64,000 bases of DNA from Planctomycetota bacterium (GTDB lineage: Bacteria > Planctomycetota > Brocadiia > SM23-32): NCBI GenBank assembly GCA_021161675.1, contig JAGHAF010000077.1, forward strand, positions 7,404 through 71,403. Reading direction: 5' to 3'. Every line of letters begins with the position of its first letter. The stretch's first letter is position 1. Of this stretch, positions 62,078 through 64,000 are shown one piece after another. Made by a program: the position numbers and the translations under genes. The notes beneath the pieces were generated by a model. It was not told the origin of the DNA. It did no database searches and saw only the letters and a program-made list of their open reading frames with translations.

Positions 62078-62796
62078 TGATAGAGATAAGGAATCTGACA
62101 AAACGTTTCGGCCAGACGGTGGCCGTCGATCGGCTGAGCCTCACCGTTGAGCCGGGAGAGCTGTTCGTGTTCCTGGGGCCGAACGGCGCCGGCAAGACGA
62201 CCACCATCAAGATGATCACCGGGTTGCTGCGCCCCACCGAGGGAGAGGTAGTCCTGTGCGGACACGACGTGCAGACCGATTACATGGCGGCGAAGTCGCT
62301 GCTCAGCTACGTGCCCGATCAGCCCTTCCTGTATGAGAAGCTGACGGGCCGGGAGTTCCTGCATTTCGTCGGGAGCATGTACGGGGTGGGCAAGCAGCGG
62401 CGCCGCGGCAGGATCGGCGAACTGACCGAGCGCTTCGAGATGGGCGGCTTCCTCGACCAGCCGGGCGAGACCTATTCGCACGGGATGAAGCAACGCTTGG
62501 TCATCAGCGCGGCGCTGCTGCACGAGCCGCGCGTGATCGTCATCGATGAGCCAATGGTCGGACTCGATCCCAAAGGCGCCAACACACTCAAGAGAACGCT
62601 CAAAGAGGAAACGGAGCGCGGGGTGGCGATCTTCATGTCGACCCACACGCTGGCGGTGGCGGAGGAGACGGCGGAGCGCGTCGGCATTATCCGCAAGGGC
62701 GCCCTTGTGGCGCTTGGCACGCTCGCCCAGGTCTATGAAAGCGCCCAGACGGATCAACGGCTGGAAGAAGCCTTCCTTCGCCTTACGGAGGAGTAG
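62077..62796 (+). CDS. ABC transporter ATP-binding protein
   Basis: Walker A GPNGAGKTTT, ABC signature SHGMKQRL, Walker B VIVIDEP; TAATG overlap with the GT9 stop. Confidence 0.9.
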   Translation: MIEIRNLTKRFGQTVAVDRLSLTVEPGELFVFLGPNGAGKTTTIKMITGLLRPTEGEVVLCGHDVQTDYMAAKSLLSYVPDQPFLYEKLTGREFLHFVGSMYGVGKQRRRGRIGELTERFEMGGFLDQPGETYSHGMKQRLVISAALLHEPRVIVIDEPMVGLDPKGANTLKRTLKEETERGVAIFMSTHTLAVAEETAERVGIIRKGALVALGTLAQVYESAQTDQRLEEAFLRLTEE

Positions 62797-62844
62797 CCGG
62801 GCAGTCAGGGGCCTGGGGATTCAGACAATCGGGGATTCACGACG

Positions 62845-64000
62845 ATGCGTGATCTACTGCTGCTGATCAGTGTGAGATTCAGGATCATCCGCCACGGGGC
62901 GCGGGAGTTTCTCGGCAGCTCTCGCCTGCGGGTCACGGTGGTGATAGGGCTCGTCGTGTTCTTCTGGCTGCTGATGTTCGCGATGTTCTACGATGCATTC
63001 CGGTTCCTGCACGGCGGGTTCCTGGGCATCAGCGGCATATTGATCGAGTATCTGTTCGCGTTCCTTTTTGTCTCCCTGCTGGTGATGATGGCGATCAGCG
63101 ATGCGATCATCGCCTACGCGTCCCTGTATCGAAGCGGAGAAACGGAGTTCCTCCACTCGCTGCCCTTGCGCGCGGAGAACACCTTCGCCTACCGCGGCGC
63201 CGACTCAATGGTGTTCAGCCTGTGGGGGGTGGGGACGCTGGTTATCCCCATGGTTCTGGCCTACGCCGCCATATTCCCGACGACCTGGTATTTTCTGCCT
63301 TTCGCACTCGCGCTTTCCGTCCTTTTCATCCTCTTTGCCACTGAGCTGGGCGCCTTTTTCGCGCTCGTGGTGGGGCTGTTTCTGCCACGGGGGCATCGCA
63401 AGGCGCTCATCGGGCTGGCGGTGGCGGCGGTGGGCGCGGCGGTCCTGTGGGGCGTGCCGATCGGCGCAAAACTGCAGGAGAGCAAATTCAATGAGGCGGG
63501 CATCCGCTACGTGATCAACAAGACATCGTTCTGCCAGCACTGGGCGCTGCCCAGCCATTGGGTGAGTCGCGGAATGCTGGCCGCCGCGCACGGCGACCTC
63601 AGCGAGGCGGCGTTTCTGACGGCGCTGCTTCTGGCCAACGTGTTATTTCTGGGGATGGTTACGTATCGTTTCGCCTTCTACGGCTACCGGCTGAGCTGGT
63701 GCGCATCCCGCGGGATGTCCCGGCGCTCCCTGCGCGGCCCGGAGTCGGTCTTCTGGAAGGCCGTGGAAGGGGCGCTTCTGCCGCTTCCTCTGCGGCTTCG
63801 CCAGCTCGTGCTCAAAGACATGAAGACCTTCCTGCGGGACCCCTCCCAATGGTCGCAGTTCCTCCTCTTCTTCGGGCTGCTGGCGCTTTACGTCCTGAAC
63901 CTGCCGCGCTTCAACCTGGACCAGCTCCAGCCCTACTGGCACAGCATGATCGCCCTGCTGAACCTGGGCGCGGCCTGCCTGACGCTGGCCACGCTGACCA
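62845..64000 (+). CDS. putative ABC-2 / exporter permease (partial, runs off window end)
   Basis: Own translation from the ATG at 62845: a long open frame with multiple hydrophobic helices (LVVFFWLLMFAMFY ..., LVIPMVLAYAAIF ...) and no stop before the window end; absent from the ORF track because it is unterminated. Confidence 0.4.
   Translation, partial: MRDLLLLISVRFRIIRHGAREFLGSSRLRVTVVIGLVVFFWLLMFAMFYDAFRFLHGGFLGISGILIEYLFAFLFVSLLVMMAISDAIIAYASLYRSGETEFLHSLPLRAENTFAYRGADSMVFSLWGVGTLVIPMVLAYAAIFPTTWYFLPFALALSVLFILFATELGAFFALVVGLFLPRGHRKALIGLAVAAVGAAVLWGVPIGAKLQESKFNEAGIRYVINKTSFCQHWALPSHWVSRGMLAAAHGDLSEAAFLTALLLANVLFLGMVTYRFAFYGYRLSWCASRGMSRRSLRGPESVFWKAVEGALLPLPLRLRQLVLKDMKTFLRDPSQWSQFLLFFGLLALYVLNLPRFNLDQLQPYWHSMIALLNLGAACLTLATLT

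Overview
High-GC (about 65%) bacterial chromosomal window, gene-dense and mostly housekeeping, apparently close to the replication origin: dnaN - DciA/DUF721-like - gyrB - gyrA lie on the minus strand downstream of an AT-rich, DnaA-box-like intergenic region, with no dnaA in the window. Main content: rpsR; an intracellular GH5 glycosidase; tldD-pmbA; smpB; a polyol/sugar oxidoreductase cluster (AKR, two Gfo/Idh/MocA, mannitol-DH family); a TPR protein; rpsT; dprA; a complete archaeal-type A/V-ATPase operon (H-C-I-K-F-E-A-B-D) headed by a co-oriented PtsN-like EIIA gene; usp; nitroreductase; gap-pgk-rpe; accD; DUF502; flavin reductase; a large DUF4340-like membrane protein; gmhB; a PurF-family amidotransferase whose nucleophile Cys is replaced by Ser; URO-D-family protein; Mth938-like protein; purC; DUF1015; an unusual HTH protein ending in a sigma-70 region-2-like segment; a PP-loop ATPase divergent from an AAC(3)-like acetyltransferase plus LarA-family gene pair; ADP-forming acyl-CoA synthetase; a divergent ThyA-family gene preceded by a 21-bp periodic TGTCA repeat array; P-type ATPase; thrC; two tandem Flp pilins; dapB; DUF4143 AAA ATPase; GT9 heptosyltransferase; ABC transporter. 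Non-coding items of note: a 21-bp x about 6.8 perfect tandem repeat between pmbA and smpB, an orphan RHS/YD-repeat fragment downstream of smpB with no tmRNA found, and a candidate structured RNA between accD and DUF502 carrying an RNase P CR-II/III-like motif. No CRISPR array, rRNA, clear tRNA or clear mobile element was found. Many long antisense ORFs in the supplied track are GC-driven artefacts and were ignored.
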